Shown: one piece after another, positions 27,119 through 37,110 of the stretch
How the letters are laid out: each line of letters begins with the position of its first letter
Numbering within the stretch: the first letter of the stretch is position 1
IMG/VR virus record: IMGVR_UViG_3300019458_000616
Span: 7,234 to 71,233 of that record
DNA: 64,000 bases
Source of the DNA: a virus
Direction: 5' to 3' (one strand)
Notes under the pieces: generated by a model
What the model was told of the DNA's origin: nothing
The model's database searches: none
The model's input: only the letters and a program-made list of their open reading frames with translations
Made by a program: the position numbers and the translations under genes

Positions 27119-28242
27119 TCCCGCGTGCCTCCACGCATGCGTCGAGACTCGACCGCTGGCTCGGGCCCGGCCAGGCCGAGCGGATCTCGCAGGCGATGGC
27201 GAACTGGTACGGGCCGCCGATCCTCGTTGCGAACGTGCCCGGCCGCGTCTACGCCTGCAAGGGCGGCGATTTCTGCGGCCCGCTCAAGGGCGGCAGCTTC
27301 GCGAGCCTGCTCGACTACGCGATCCAGAGACTCAACCGGATCGCGCGCGGGTTCGCGCGCCGTCAAGGGCGCGTGGTCAACGCCGGGTTCGCCTCGCTGT
27401 CCGACCTGATCGCCGAAGCGACGACGGGCGGCAAGTCGCAGTGCTTGATGTTCACCAAGGCCGGCGCGGCGGGCGTCGCGGCGAGGAGCAACTCGCTCTG
27501 GAACGTGGGTGCCGTGCCCGCGGCGGGCGGCGTCGGCGGCACGACGGGGACCGGCCGGGCCTGCACGCGCACGACGACAGGCGCCTTGACGCAGCAGAAC
27601 GCCGCCGGCGGAGACCAGCTTCACCTGACGACGCTGACGGTGCAGGCAAGCGTCGCCGGGCAGATGCTTCTCCTCTACGACAGGCTCTGGGACATGACGC
27701 ACACCATGACGGTCGATCCCCGGTCGGTCGACTCGGTCAACCCGCCGACGCGCTACCAGACGGCCGCCCTCGCGCCGGGCTCGTTCATCAGCGGCGAGGT
27801 GACGACGGTGTTGCCGGCCGCGACTCCGACCTTGACGTGCGACTACATGGACCAGGACGGGAACGCCTCGACGAGCCAGACGCTCTCGACGATCGCCTCG
27901 GCCGCCGCCGTGAACACGGTCCCGTTCACGGCCCCGCACTGGTTCGTGCCGCTGGCGACCGCGGACACCGGCCTGCGCCGGATGGGCGATGCCGGTGCGG
28001 GGACCAACGCCTTCAACCTGTCGGCGGCGATGGCCTCGGGTGTCGTGAACTGGTTCATCGGGCACCCGCTCGCGTTCGTGCCCATGCCGCTCGCGAACTT
28101 CCCCGTGATCCTCGACGGGATCAACTCGGCGTTCAACCTCATGAGGGTGTTCGACGACGCCGCGTTGTGCTTCCTCGAGATCGCGAAGTCTGCGACCACC
28201 GCGACGAACTGGTGGGGCGCGATCCAGTTGGTGAGTGGGTGA
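27115..28242 (+). CDS. Probable virion protein
   Basis: Gly/Ala/Thr-rich, beta-rich; codon usage differs from its neighbours (more CTG/GTG/TTG). Confidence 0.6.
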   Translation: MIPRASTHASRLDRWLGPGQAERISQAMANWYGPPILVANVPGRVYACKGGDFCGPLKGGSFASLLDYAIQRLNRIARGFARRQGRVVNAGFASLSDLIAEATTGGKSQCLMFTKAGAAGVAARSNSLWNVGAVPAAGGVGGTTGTGRACTRTTTGALTQQNAAGGDQLHLTTLTVQASVAGQMLLLYDRLWDMTHTMTVDPRSVDSVNPPTRYQTAALAPGSFISGEVTTVLPAATPTLTCDYMDQDGNASTSQTLSTIASAAAVNTVPFTAPHWFVPLATADTGLRRMGDAGAGTNAFNLSAAMASGVVNWFIGHPLAFVPMPLANFPVILDGINSAFNLMRVFDDAALCFLEIAKSATTATNWWGAIQLVSG

Positions 28243-28406
28243 TCGCGGAAGCCGCGACGCTGGACGCCGCGCGTCCGGACCTGTCCCTCAAGTCCGACGA
28301 GGAGCTGGAGGATCTTCTCCGTCAGGCGCGCGAGCTCGTGGCCGAGTCCACCGCCGTTATGCTGGAGATCCGCGCCGAGCAGTACAGCCGAAGGCCGGAG
28401 TCGTGA
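28239..28406 (+). CDS. Small helical protein
   Basis: GTGA overlaps on both sides. Confidence 0.5.
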   Translation: MIAEAATLDAARPDLSLKSDEELEDLLRQARELVAESTAVMLEIRAEQYSRRPES

Positions 28407-29353
28407 GCTCCCTCACGAGCATGACCGGCCTGCGCTCCCGGCTCGACATGGCGCTGGGTGGGCGCTCGTCATGGCAGTGGCAGCCAACGCTCACCGTCCA
28501 CGATCCCTCTCCGCCCGTCTCACTCGAGAGTCCGACGGGCGGGGCGCCGCAGACCGTCACGCCAGACGCGGTCGCCGGGACGGTTTCGGGGCCGTCCGCG
28601 TCGATCGTCTCGGTCTTCATCGCGACGCCCGATCCCGCGTTGACGGTGACGGGCGCGCCGAGCGTAGCCCTCGTCGCGGGACCTCTCGCGGTCGCGCCCG
28701 ATCCCGTTGTCACGACGTCTTCGGCCCCGGCGGTCGAGGTCGTCCCCGGGGCCGTCGCGCTCGCGCCGTCGCCCGCGAATGCCGCGTCGTCGGCCCCGGG
28801 TGCCTCGGCGATCCCCGGCGCGATCTCCGTCGCTCCGGATCCGAGCTCGGCCGCCGGGGGCGCTCCCTCGGCGGCGACGATCGCGGGTCCCGTCACGATC
28901 ACACCCTCGCCCGCATCGGGATTGGGGACCATCCCGTCCGCGGCGACCCTCCCCGGACCCGTCGAGGCGCAGCCGGACGCCGTTGGGTCGACCTCCTCCG
29001 TCGCGGCCGTCGTCGTCATTCCGGGCGCCGTCGTCATCGCGCCGGATCCCGTCTCGGCAATCGGTCTCGTTCCCCCGGTGACGACCTCTCTCGGGCCTGT
29101 CGTCGTCCTCCCCGATCCCGTGATTCTCCTGTCGGCCGCGCCGGCGCCGGCGGCGACGACGACCTTCCCGGAGCTCTCGGGTGGTGGTGACGACGGTCCG
29201 GTCCTCGCGTCCCGACTCTCTCCTCGGCCGCGCGGCAAGGTTCCCGCGCCGGACCGAACTCCGACTTCTCCGACGCCGGTCCCGACTCCCGACCGCGCGC
29301 GCGTCCTCTCGCTTCTCGGGCCCGCGATTCTCGAGTTCCTCATCGACGAGTAG
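28403..29353 (+). CDS. Pro/Ala/Val-rich 23-aa repeat protein
   Basis: About 8 tandem units P(D/S)P..........(P/A)G(A/P)V.V. Confidence 0.7.
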   Translation: MSSLTSMTGLRSRLDMALGGRSSWQWQPTLTVHDPSPPVSLESPTGGAPQTVTPDAVAGTVSGPSASIVSVFIATPDPALTVTGAPSVALVAGPLAVAPDPVVTTSSAPAVEVVPGAVALAPSPANAASSAPGASAIPGAISVAPDPSSAAGGAPSAATIAGPVTITPSPASGLGTIPSAATLPGPVEAQPDAVGSTSSVAAVVVIPGAVVIAPDPVSAIGLVPPVTTSLGPVVVLPDPVILLSAAPAPAATTTFPELSGGGDDGPVLASRLSPRPRGKVPAPDRTPTSPTPVPTPDRARVLSLLGPAILEFLIDE

Positions 29354-29374
29354 TCGCCGCCATACAACCGAGTC

Positions 29375-29551
29375 GTGCGCGCGTTTCTCCGTCGGATCCT
29401 TTGCCGTCTCGGTTTACACGCCTGGCTCTCTCTCCGGCGACCCTTCGGGCGCGTCGAGGTCTGCGCGCGTTGCTTCGCCCGCCGGCGACCGACCGGGAGG
29501 GCGCGCCGACCCCCGATCGGCTGGCTCGCGCTTCGACGTCGCGAAGCCTGA
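29375..29551 (+). CDS. Small LCRLGLH-type phage protein (DUF1660-like)
   Basis: 58 aa, ILCRLGLHAW....VCARC; below the ORF-track cutoff. Confidence 0.5.
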   Translation: MRAFLRRILCRLGLHAWLSLRRPFGRVEVCARCFARRRPTGRARRPPIGWLALRRREA

Positions 29552-29554
29552 CCC

Positions 29555-31903
29555 GTGGCGGACGGGCCGGCGAGGCGGCGCCCGTACAACCGCCGCGTCC
29601 GGGACGACGTCCTCCAGCAACGCGTCGCTCTCTCCCGGATCGAGAAGACGACCTATCGTGACCTCCTCGACCTCTACCGCGAGGCGCTGCGGGAGGTCGT
29701 CAGGGAGGCCGAGCGCGGCCTCGAGGGCTACCGACGGGAGCGTGTCGACCGGCTCCTCGCCGAGCTCCGCTCGAGGACGCGCGCTCTCGCCCGTCTCGGA
29801 GAACGGCTCCTCGACGAGCGGGTCGGGAAGGTTCGGGACCTCGTCGCGAAGGACCTCTTCCGGAGCGCGAACGGTCGACTCCCGAAGGGGGCGAAGGAGC
29901 TCGTCCGGTTCGATCGCGTCGCCGACCTTGACATCGCCGCGGCGCTCGCCCAGCGCCGGCCGAGGAGGCCGTTCGCGAAGCTCCCCGCCGACCAGGTTCT
30001 TGCGGCGCAGCGCTCAATCGCGCTCTCGATCGCCCTCGGCGAGGGGGCGGCGAAGGCCGCTCGCCGGCTCCGCGCGAGGGTCGCCGGCCTGACGAAGGCG
30101 CGCGCCCTCCTGATCGCGAGGACGGAGCTCCAGGAGGCCGCGAACGTCGCGAACGACGCCTTCGTCGAGAAGAACGCGACCCGGTACAAGGGCGTCCAGC
30201 ACCTCGCGACGCTCGACCCTCGAACCTGCCCGATCTGCGGCGAGCTCGATGGCAAGTTCTACCGGCTCGGCGCCCGCCGCCCGAACCTCCCTATTCACCC
30301 GGGTTGCCGGTGCGTGCACGTCCCCGTCGCGAAGCGGCTCGAGGACATCTTCCCCGAGCTCCGGAAGCTCAAGCTCGGCGACGACGAGGACGATGCGCGC
30401 GCGGAGATGGATGGCGAGGTCCCTGGTCGGACGACCTGGAAGGACTGGCTTGCCGAGAAGGAGGCCGAGGAGCCGGGCTTCGCCCTTCCGATCCTCGGCC
30501 GCCGGCGCTACGAGCTCTGGAAGGCCGGCAAGCTCCAGCTCGGGGACTTCTCGACGGCGGCGAGGGGGATCAAGCCGCTTCGGGACCTCGAGCGAGACCT
30601 CAAGAAGAAGCGGAAGGCGAGGGCGAAGAAGCCGAGTCCGAATCGGCGGTCCCGGTCGAAGCGTCAGACGCTTGCCGACCTCTTCCCCGAACTCGGGAGG
30701 CTCTCGGGAGCGAAGAAGCGAGGGAAGCCGGGGAAGCGGAAGAGGCGCGCTTCGGCGGCGCCGAGACGGTCGACGGCCTCTCGAGGCGGTCCCAAGCGGG
30801 GCTCCGCGTCGCCGAGTCCTCCCGGCCCGCCAAGCCCGCCCCGATCTCCTCCCGCGCCGTCCGGTCCGCCGCCGGAGGACCCGTTCGGTCGCCCCGAGTC
30901 GACGAGGCGTCTCGTCCCCGCCATTCCGAAGGGCGAGCCGCCGATTGGATCCGCGCGGCCCGAGCTTCCGACGTCCCCGGAGGACGTGGTCTACTCCGCC
31001 CGGGACGCCTTCGCGGCGCAGGGAATCATGCGCCAGCGGGTCTCGGTCAAGCCGGACTTCGAGCGGGACCGCGCGCGCTGGGATGCCCGCTTCCCCGGCG
31101 CGAGCGCGTACGCGGACGATCGGGCGGGAGGGACGGCCTACGACCCCACGCGCTCGAGGTTCGTCGACTGGTTCGTCGGGCTCGCGGGGTCGGCCGAGGT
31201 CGTTCGGTCGCTCGGCCTCGATCTGCCGCCGCCCCGCCTGACCGTCGAAGACGCGAAGCGCATCTTCTACGGCGTCGGGGTCGTATACCAGGAGGTCGCC
31301 CACCAGTTCGGGGCCGCGCTTCCGGAGCGCATGACGAAGCGGGACGAGGTCATTGAGGAGGGGATCGCTCAAGCCCTCTCCCGCCGGGCCGTCGGTCGGC
31401 TCATGGAGCGCCGATTCCCGGAACGGTGGAGGGGATCCGACGCCGAGCGCTTCTGGCAAGGGACGGTTCTCGCGACCGTCGATCCGCCGTCGAGCGCCGA
31501 TCACGCGGCCCTCTCCTACTCGTACTACGCGAGTTTCGCGGACGGGATCGTCGAGGCGGCGTCTCGGGCGCGGGGGAGGCAACCGGCGACCGATCCCGAG
31601 CGTCTCCGGTTCCTCTCGCGGTGGAAGCAGGTCGACGGCGATGGATCTCGCCGTGTAGCTTGGGCGGTCGACCGCATCGTCGAGTTCGCCGGCGACGCTC
31701 TGGACGACGAGGCCCGGGCCGCGCTGCGGATCGACGTCGAGATGATCGCAAGGAACATGGAAGAGGGCGACCCGGGCGGGCGCTCGGGGTCCGAGAGAAC
31801 GCCGGGGCGAGAAATCCTCGACGCCTTCGAGCGTCGCCGGACGGAGGCCGAGCGCCGAAGGCCTCGGAGGGAAGCATCGACGAGGGAGGTTACGTCTTGC
31901 TGA
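29555..31903 (+). CDS. MuF/SPP1 gp7 head morphogenesis protein with C-terminal extension
   Basis: IARTELQEAAN, ATLDPRTCPICGELDG, PIHPGCRC; basic/Pro linker then a zincin-like domain. Confidence 0.85.
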   Translation: MADGPARRRPYNRRVRDDVLQQRVALSRIEKTTYRDLLDLYREALREVVREAERGLEGYRRERVDRLLAELRSRTRALARLGERLLDERVGKVRDLVAKDLFRSANGRLPKGAKELVRFDRVADLDIAAALAQRRPRRPFAKLPADQVLAAQRSIALSIALGEGAAKAARRLRARVAGLTKARALLIARTELQEAANVANDAFVEKNATRYKGVQHLATLDPRTCPICGELDGKFYRLGARRPNLPIHPGCRCVHVPVAKRLEDIFPELRKLKLGDDEDDARAEMDGEVPGRTTWKDWLAEKEAEEPGFALPILGRRRYELWKAGKLQLGDFSTAARGIKPLRDLERDLKKKRKARAKKPSPNRRSRSKRQTLADLFPELGRLSGAKKRGKPGKRKRRASAAPRRSTASRGGPKRGSASPSPPGPPSPPRSPPAPSGPPPEDPFGRPESTRRLVPAIPKGEPPIGSARPELPTSPEDVVYSARDAFAAQGIMRQRVSVKPDFERDRARWDARFPGASAYADDRAGGTAYDPTRSRFVDWFVGLAGSAEVVRSLGLDLPPPRLTVEDAKRIFYGVGVVYQEVAHQFGAALPERMTKRDEVIEEGIAQALSRRAVGRLMERRFPERWRGSDAERFWQGTVLATVDPPSSADHAALSYSYYASFADGIVEAASRARGRQPATDPERLRFLSRWKQVDGDGSRRVAWAVDRIVEFAGDALDDEARAALRIDVEMIARNMEEGDPGGRSGSERTPGREILDAFERRRTEAERRRPRREASTREVTSC

Positions 31904-32133
31904 CGGTCCCCGAGCTTCGCGCCCTCTCCACCTCGCAGATCATCGCGCGGCTCACGGGAGAGGAGTCGGTAGAAGTCCTTCGCGCCATCCAAGACGAGAT
32001 CCGGACCCGCCTCCGGCCGGATCCCGACGACACGTCCGCCGTCGACCGGTTCCCGGCGCCCGAGCGCGTCCGACTCGCCGAGCTCGGGGAGATGGTCGCC
32101 CGCTTCCTCGCGCGCCGCCGCTCCGATGTCTGA
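31897..32133 (+). CDS. Small protein downstream of MuF (immunity candidate)
   Basis: SD GGAGGT, TTG start overlapping the MuF stop. Confidence 0.55.
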   Translation: MLTVPELRALSTSQIIARLTGEESVEVLRAIQDEIRTRLRPDPDDTSAVDRFPAPERVRLAELGEMVARFLARRRSDV

Positions 32134-32173
32134 GCCGTGAGCCATACCTACCGACGAGGTGCAACCTCGTCGG

Positions 32174-32189
32174 GTTAAGGGGGCTTAAC
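32174..32189. promoter_or_regulatory. Palindrome copy 6 GTTAAG-GGGG-CTTAAC
   Basis: Abuts GTG 32190; preceded by 9-bp hairpin CCGACGAGG-TGCAA-CCTCGTCGG. Confidence 0.85.
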
Positions 32190-32438
32190 GTGCGAGAACC
32201 GAACCTCGCGGACCTCCGAGCGTTCATCCGGGAGCGCGTCCCGCGCGCGGCCCGGATCAAGGCCCAGGCGCTCGCGGAGCTCGTCGACGAGCTCTCGATC
32301 TACTTCGCGACGTCCGTCGACCGGGAGGTCGAGCACGCCCTCCGCGCGGCCGGCGTCCTCCCCGAGGAGGGGCATACCATCGCCGCGAACGGAATGCCGG
32401 AGGGCGCGATTGCCGACGGGGACGAGGACGGCGGGTAG
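32190..32438 (+). CDS. Small hypothetical protein
   Basis: Typical codon usage. Confidence 0.55.
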   Translation: MREPNLADLRAFIRERVPRAARIKAQALAELVDELSIYFATSVDREVEHALRAAGVLPEEGHTIAANGMPEGAIADGDEDGG

Positions 32439-33444
32439 CGAGCTTCGCGGGCGGGTCGTCGTCCGCGAGGAGTTCTCGGCGTCCATCGAGCTCGACCGCG
32501 ACTCGTCGATCGACGATGCGGCCGGCGTCGTCCGGAACGTCAAGGTCAACTCGAACAAGAGCCGGAACCGGCGCCGCTACCGGGACGAGGTCCTCGAGCC
32601 GGCGACGCCGCTCTATGAGGGCGTCAAGGTCTTCCGGAACCATTGGGATCCCGGCATCGCCGACGGCCGACCGCGTCAGGTCGAGGCGTTCATGGGCCGG
32701 CTCAAGAACGTCCGCTTCCATCCGGGCGGGCATCGGGCCGACCTCCACGTCGCCCCGTCGCGTCGGACCTGGCTCGCGGACGTCAAGGCGGATCCCGCGG
32801 CGTTCGGGCTCTCCCACAACGCGGTCGTCGAGGTCGTCGAGCTCGAGGAGGACGGCTGGGAGGGCTGGGAGGACGTCGTCCGGATCGTCGAGGTCCTCTC
32901 GGTCGACGTGGTCACGGACCCCGCGACGACGCGGGGCATGTTCGAGAGCAAGGAGCAGGAGGGCGAGGACGTGAGCACCGAGGCGGCGAAGGCGGACGGG
33001 CGGGAGAAAGTGGTCGCGCTCCTCGAGGCGCGGGAGAAGGAGCTTCGCGAGCAGCTCGACGGCACCCGCAAGGAGCGCGACGAGATCAAGGCGAAGGTCT
33101 CGGCGCTCGAGACGGCGATCGAGGGGCTCAAGAAGGAGAACGGGGAGCTCCGGGTGAAGGTCGAGGCCGCGGAAAGGGCCGAGCGAGCCGCCAAGATCGA
33201 GGCGGCGATCGCGAGCTCCGGTCTCGCCGAGGACGTCCGGAAGAGCCTCCAGGAGGCGGTCAAGGACCTCCCCGCCGACGCCGCGGTCCGGGTCGTCGAG
33301 ACGACGAAGAAGGCCGTCGGGACGGCGCCGGCCTCGTCAAGCGCTGCGGGGAAGCCGAGGAGCGAGGCGCGGCAGAGCCCGAGTGCCGGCTCGAGGGAGA
33401 AGGAGCCGTCGGACGAGGAGGCGCTCGCGGCCTTCGGCGGGTAG
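32410..33444 (+). CDS. Prohead protease / scaffold fusion
   Basis: SRNRRRY, YEGVKVFRNH, FGLSHNA, SVDVVTDPAT; coiled-coil C-terminus. Confidence 0.85.
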   Translation: MPTGTRTAGSELRGRVVVREEFSASIELDRDSSIDDAAGVVRNVKVNSNKSRNRRRYRDEVLEPATPLYEGVKVFRNHWDPGIADGRPRQVEAFMGRLKNVRFHPGGHRADLHVAPSRRTWLADVKADPAAFGLSHNAVVEVVELEEDGWEGWEDVVRIVEVLSVDVVTDPATTRGMFESKEQEGEDVSTEAAKADGREKVVALLEAREKELREQLDGTRKERDEIKAKVSALETAIEGLKKENGELRVKVEAAERAERAAKIEAAIASSGLAEDVRKSLQEAVKDLPADAAVRVVETTKKAVGTAPASSSAAGKPRSEARQSPSAGSREKEPSDEEALAAFGG

Positions 33445-33531
33445 CCGAGGAGCGTACGACATCGCGACCGATCGACCGAAGGGGCTCCGCGCCGCGGGGC
33501 CTTGCGTAGGCGAGGAAGGGGGGAAGGGGTC

Positions 33532-34653
33532 ATGGCGTCGACGAACAGGCGGAGCTACAAGGGCCCGGTCGAGTTCAAGAGCTATCCGACCGGCTCCTCG
33601 AAATCGACCGCGATCGAGTGCGGCGACCTCATCTGGTGGGACGAGGCGAACGACATCACCGTCTCCGCCGCGGACTTCCCCTGGCACGTCGACGAGGCGA
33701 CGACGCAGCGCGAGTTCGCGCGCGTGTTCCTCGGCGTCTCGATGGACGCGGCCGCCAAGGACAAGGCCGACGACATCCGGGTCGCGAAGTGGACCGGGGC
33801 GCGCTACCCGATGTCCTCCGGGACCGTCGTCAAGGACGACTTCCTCTGCCCGGAGAAGGCGTCGGGCAACGCGCTCGAGCCCCAGAAGGTCCAGGTCACG
33901 ACCGACCCGCTCGCCGCGATCGCGAAGGCACTCTCCTCGGGGACGGCCCAGACCTCCGTCCTCGGCGAGTACATGAGCACGTTCGACCTTCCGCGGCCGC
34001 AGGGGCAGCCGTCCATGGTGAAGGATCCCGGGGCCGCCGGTTCGATCGGGGTCGCCGGCTGGTTCAACGGCGTCTGCCCGATCGTCTCGGCCGCGGCGGA
34101 GGCCCGGACGCTCCCGGTCCCGACGGCGCTCGGGCAGCGGCTCCGGATCCTCGCGAAGGACGTCGCCGCCGGCATCGTCACGATCACGGCGACGAACGGC
34201 GCGGCCCCGAACGGCCGGACGGACTTCAACCTCCAGGCCGACGGGGAGTTCCTCGAGTTCGTCGCGGTCCAGAGCGGGGCGAACCTGCGCTGGCGGCTCT
34301 CCGCCGACGCGCGGAAGCCGATGAGCAAGGCCGCGAACTACACGGTCGTCGAGGGCGACCTCGGTCGGACGATCCTCGTCGACGGCGGGACGGGGGTCAC
34401 GATCACGCTCCCGGCGCCGTCGGCGGCGAGGGTCGGCGAGAAGCTCGTCGTGAAGAACCGCGTCGACCAGAACCTGATCGTGGCGGGGGCGGCGGCGGAC
34501 CAGATCGAGACGTTCAACGACCTGGACGCCGACGACGTCCGGTTCGCGACGACCAGCGAGAAGATCGGCGGCGTCTTCGAGGTCGAGTACGTCTCGGCCA
34601 CGAAGGTCTTCATCTCGTCGCCCTGCAAGAACGCGCTGACGGTGACGACGTAG
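33532..34653 (+). CDS. Capsid decoration/cement-like protein with extra domains
   Basis: Between scaffold and capsid genes; AIECGDLIW..FLGVSMD. Confidence 0.65.
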   Translation: MASTNRRSYKGPVEFKSYPTGSSKSTAIECGDLIWWDEANDITVSAADFPWHVDEATTQREFARVFLGVSMDAAAKDKADDIRVAKWTGARYPMSSGTVVKDDFLCPEKASGNALEPQKVQVTTDPLAAIAKALSSGTAQTSVLGEYMSTFDLPRPQGQPSMVKDPGAAGSIGVAGWFNGVCPIVSAAAEARTLPVPTALGQRLRILAKDVAAGIVTITATNGAAPNGRTDFNLQADGEFLEFVAVQSGANLRWRLSADARKPMSKAANYTVVEGDLGRTILVDGGTGVTITLPAPSAARVGEKLVVKNRVDQNLIVAGAAADQIETFNDLDADDVRFATTSEKIGGVFEVEYVSATKVFISSPCKNALTVTT

Positions 34654-34700
34654 GCCGACGAACGGCAAGGACTCGAGACGGGGAAGGGGGAGACGAAGCG

Positions 34701-35849
34701 ATGCGCGTGGCCGACCTCAAGAGCCTCAAGGAGGCGTACGGGGACAAGGTCCTCGTCCGGAAGCTCGTCGACCTCCTCGGCAAGAAGGACTCGAGCGGGA
34801 GGCCCGTCCTTCGCGCGGAGGACGTCTCGATCCGTGGCCTCTGGGAGGCCCTCGTCGGCCCCGTCGAGGAGACGCTCCCGGGGGCGCGCCAGCGCGGGAA
34901 CGCGATCCGGTACGTCTACCAGGAGGAGGTCACGTCGACCGCGTTCCCGAAGGCGGTCGGCGCGCTCCTCGCCCAGAAGGTCATCGCGGGCTACGACTAC
35001 CGCCAGGAGGACATGATCGGCGATCGACTCGTCGAGGTCATGCCGTCTCGGCGGCCGCTCGAGACGGTCGTCGGCTTCACGGCGACGGACGAGCCGCTCG
35101 AGGTCGACGAGGGGAAGGAGTACGAGGGGAGCTCGATCGAGGAGAAGTACGTCACGACGACGGCGCGCAAGCGCGGCCGGAAGATCGAGATCACCGAGGA
35201 AACGATTCTCTTCGACCAGACGAGCACCGTCCTCCGGCGGGCGCTCAACCTCGGGCGGAAGGCGCGGCTCGAGCGCGAGCGTCGGATCATCCGGGCGGTC
35301 GTCGATGCCGACGCGAAGGCCTACAAGCCGTCGGGCGCGGCCCAGGCGCTCTACTCGGCGGGGAACAAGAACCTCAAGACGTCGAACGCGCTCGTCGACT
35401 GGACGGACGTCGAGGCGGCCTGGCTGACCTTCTCCGACATGACGGACGAGAAGGGAAGCGAGATCGTCATCATGCCGAAGTGGATCCTCGTCCCGCACGC
35501 GCTCTGGATGACGCTCCTCCGGATCCTCTCGGCGACGGCGACGCGGGACCGGACGAACCCGTCGGCCGGGACGCGGGACTTCGAGACGGTCGCCCCGAAC
35601 CCGCTCGCGGCGATGTCGTTCACGCCGCTCACGTCGCTCCTCATGGACAAGATCTCGACGACGAACTGGTTCCTCGGGAACTTCGTCGACCAGTTCTGCT
35701 ACCACGAGATCTATCCGCTCCAGACGCTCGCGGCGCGGCAGGGGCACGAGGACGAGTTCGACCGGGACGTCGTCTTCAAGTACAAGGTCCGCGAGTTCGG
35801 CGACTGCCACGCGATCGACCACCGCCACGTCGTCAAGAACCAGGCGTAG
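34701..35849 (+). CDS. Major capsid protein (Mu gpT-like)
   Basis: VTSTAFP, EVDEGKEYE..IEEKYV..KRGRKIEITEETILFDQTS, YKVREFG. Confidence 0.9.
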   Translation: MRVADLKSLKEAYGDKVLVRKLVDLLGKKDSSGRPVLRAEDVSIRGLWEALVGPVEETLPGARQRGNAIRYVYQEEVTSTAFPKAVGALLAQKVIAGYDYRQEDMIGDRLVEVMPSRRPLETVVGFTATDEPLEVDEGKEYEGSSIEEKYVTTTARKRGRKIEITEETILFDQTSTVLRRALNLGRKARLERERRIIRAVVDADAKAYKPSGAAQALYSAGNKNLKTSNALVDWTDVEAAWLTFSDMTDEKGSEIVIMPKWILVPHALWMTLLRILSATATRDRTNPSAGTRDFETVAPNPLAAMSFTPLTSLLMDKISTTNWFLGNFVDQFCYHEIYPLQTLAARQGHEDEFDRDVVFKYKVREFGDCHAIDHRHVVKNQA

Positions 35850-35883
35850 TCCGACTACCACCCGCCCGAAGAGGCCTGATGGG

Positions 35884-36222
35884 TTGCCCGACCGGGGAGT
35901 CTCGAGCCGCGAGCTCGGGGCTCCCCGGCGCCTTTTCCGGGCCCCGGCCTACCTTCACTTCGTGGGCCTCTCCGACGCGGACATCGCGGACCTCAAGACG
36001 GCGCGGTCGAACGCGATCGCCCGGCTCAAGGAGGCGACGGCCTCGCCGAAGCCGACGTACGACGTCGACGGCCAGAGCTTCTCCTGGAACGAGTACCAGC
36101 GGATGCTCCTCGAGATCGTCGAGCGGTCGAACCGGCTCCTCGTTGACGAGGAGGAGGATCCTTTCGTCGTCGAGACCCAGATCTACACGGACCCGCCTTA
36201 CGGGGCGTTCCGGCAGCGGTAG
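35884..36222 (+). CDS. Head-tail joining protein (gpW-like)
   Basis: KPTYDVDGQSFSWNEY; true start may be GTG 35962. Confidence 0.7.
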   Translation: MPDRGVSSRELGAPRRLFRAPAYLHFVGLSDADIADLKTARSNAIARLKEATASPKPTYDVDGQSFSWNEYQRMLLEIVERSNRLLVDEEEDPFVVETQIYTDPPYGAFRQR

Positions 36223-36234
36223 GAGGAGACGGAC

Positions 36235-36663
36235 ATGGGGAACGGAGCTCTCGGGACCTTCATGATCGAGCTCTCCTGGGGTCAGATGGTCTTCATCCTC
36301 GTCATCGGCGCGTTCCTCGCCTACGTCATCGGCGCGAAGGCGCTCGCCTGGCGCGACGGGATCCAGACGGCGATCGACGCGGCCTCGCGCCGGGTCCAGG
36401 GCGCGGAGGGGGAGCGCAAGTCGATGTGGGAGGCGATCGGGAGCCTCCGGGGCTGCGCGGACAAGGCGGCGAAGGTCGCGCTCGAGGTCGGCCAGGAGGT
36501 CGAGCGCCGGCTCGGGCACGAGAAGCAGCGCGGGCGGCTCGAGGACCGGGTTTCGGCGATCGAGGCCCTTCTCGCAAGGAGATCCGGCGAGGACATCGGC
36601 GAGTGCCCGCACCGGGTCGAGCGGGGCGGCGTCGCCTTCGGGCCGAACCATCGCGGGGCCTGA
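36235..36663 (+). CDS. Membrane-anchored coiled-coil protein
   Basis: One TM helix (WGQMVFILVIGAFLAYVIGA) then coiled coil. Confidence 0.6.
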   Translation: MGNGALGTFMIELSWGQMVFILVIGAFLAYVIGAKALAWRDGIQTAIDAASRRVQGAEGERKSMWEAIGSLRGCADKAAKVALEVGQEVERRLGHEKQRGRLEDRVSAIEALLARRSGEDIGECPHRVERGGVAFGPNHRGA

Positions 36664-36722
36664 GGAACCGCGTCGGTCTACCATCGCGGGGAACGTCCCG
36701 ACCGGCATCCTTCGAGGCGGGC

Positions 36723-36738
36723 GTTAAGGGTCCTTAAC
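36723..36738. promoter_or_regulatory. Palindrome copy 7 GTTAAG-GGTC-CTTAAC
   Basis: 14 bp upstream of GTG 36753, next to the SD. Confidence 0.85.
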
Positions 36739-36752
36739 CTCGGGAGGAAGAC

Positions 36753-37100
36753 GTGGCGACGTTGACCGTCCAGGACATGAACACGCTCGCTGGTCTCAAC
36801 CCGACCTACGCGGCTTGTGCGGGCGGCGGCGACGACTTCGTCAACACCGGGCACGAGTACATCCATATCAAGAACGGGCACTCGTCACCGCAGTCGGTCA
36901 CGATCCACTCGCAGCGGCTCTGCGATCAGGGCGTCGAGCACGACGTCGTCGTCTCGGTCCCGAACGCGGAGGAGCGGATCATCGGGCCCTTCCATCCGGC
37001 CCGGTTCAACGACGCGAACAAGAAGGTCCAGCTCACCTACTCGGGCGTGACCGCCCTGACGATCGCGGTCCGCAAGGGCATCGTCGCGCCGGTGACGTAG
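36753..37100 (+). CDS. Phage structural protein
   Basis: GGGDDFVNTG..IHIKNG..IIGPF.PARFN pattern. Confidence 0.65.
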   Translation: MATLTVQDMNTLAGLNPTYAACAGGGDDFVNTGHEYIHIKNGHSSPQSVTIHSQRLCDQGVEHDVVVSVPNAEERIIGPFHPARFNDANKKVQLTYSGVTALTIAVRKGIVAPVT

Positions 37101-37110
37101 GAGGGGGATC

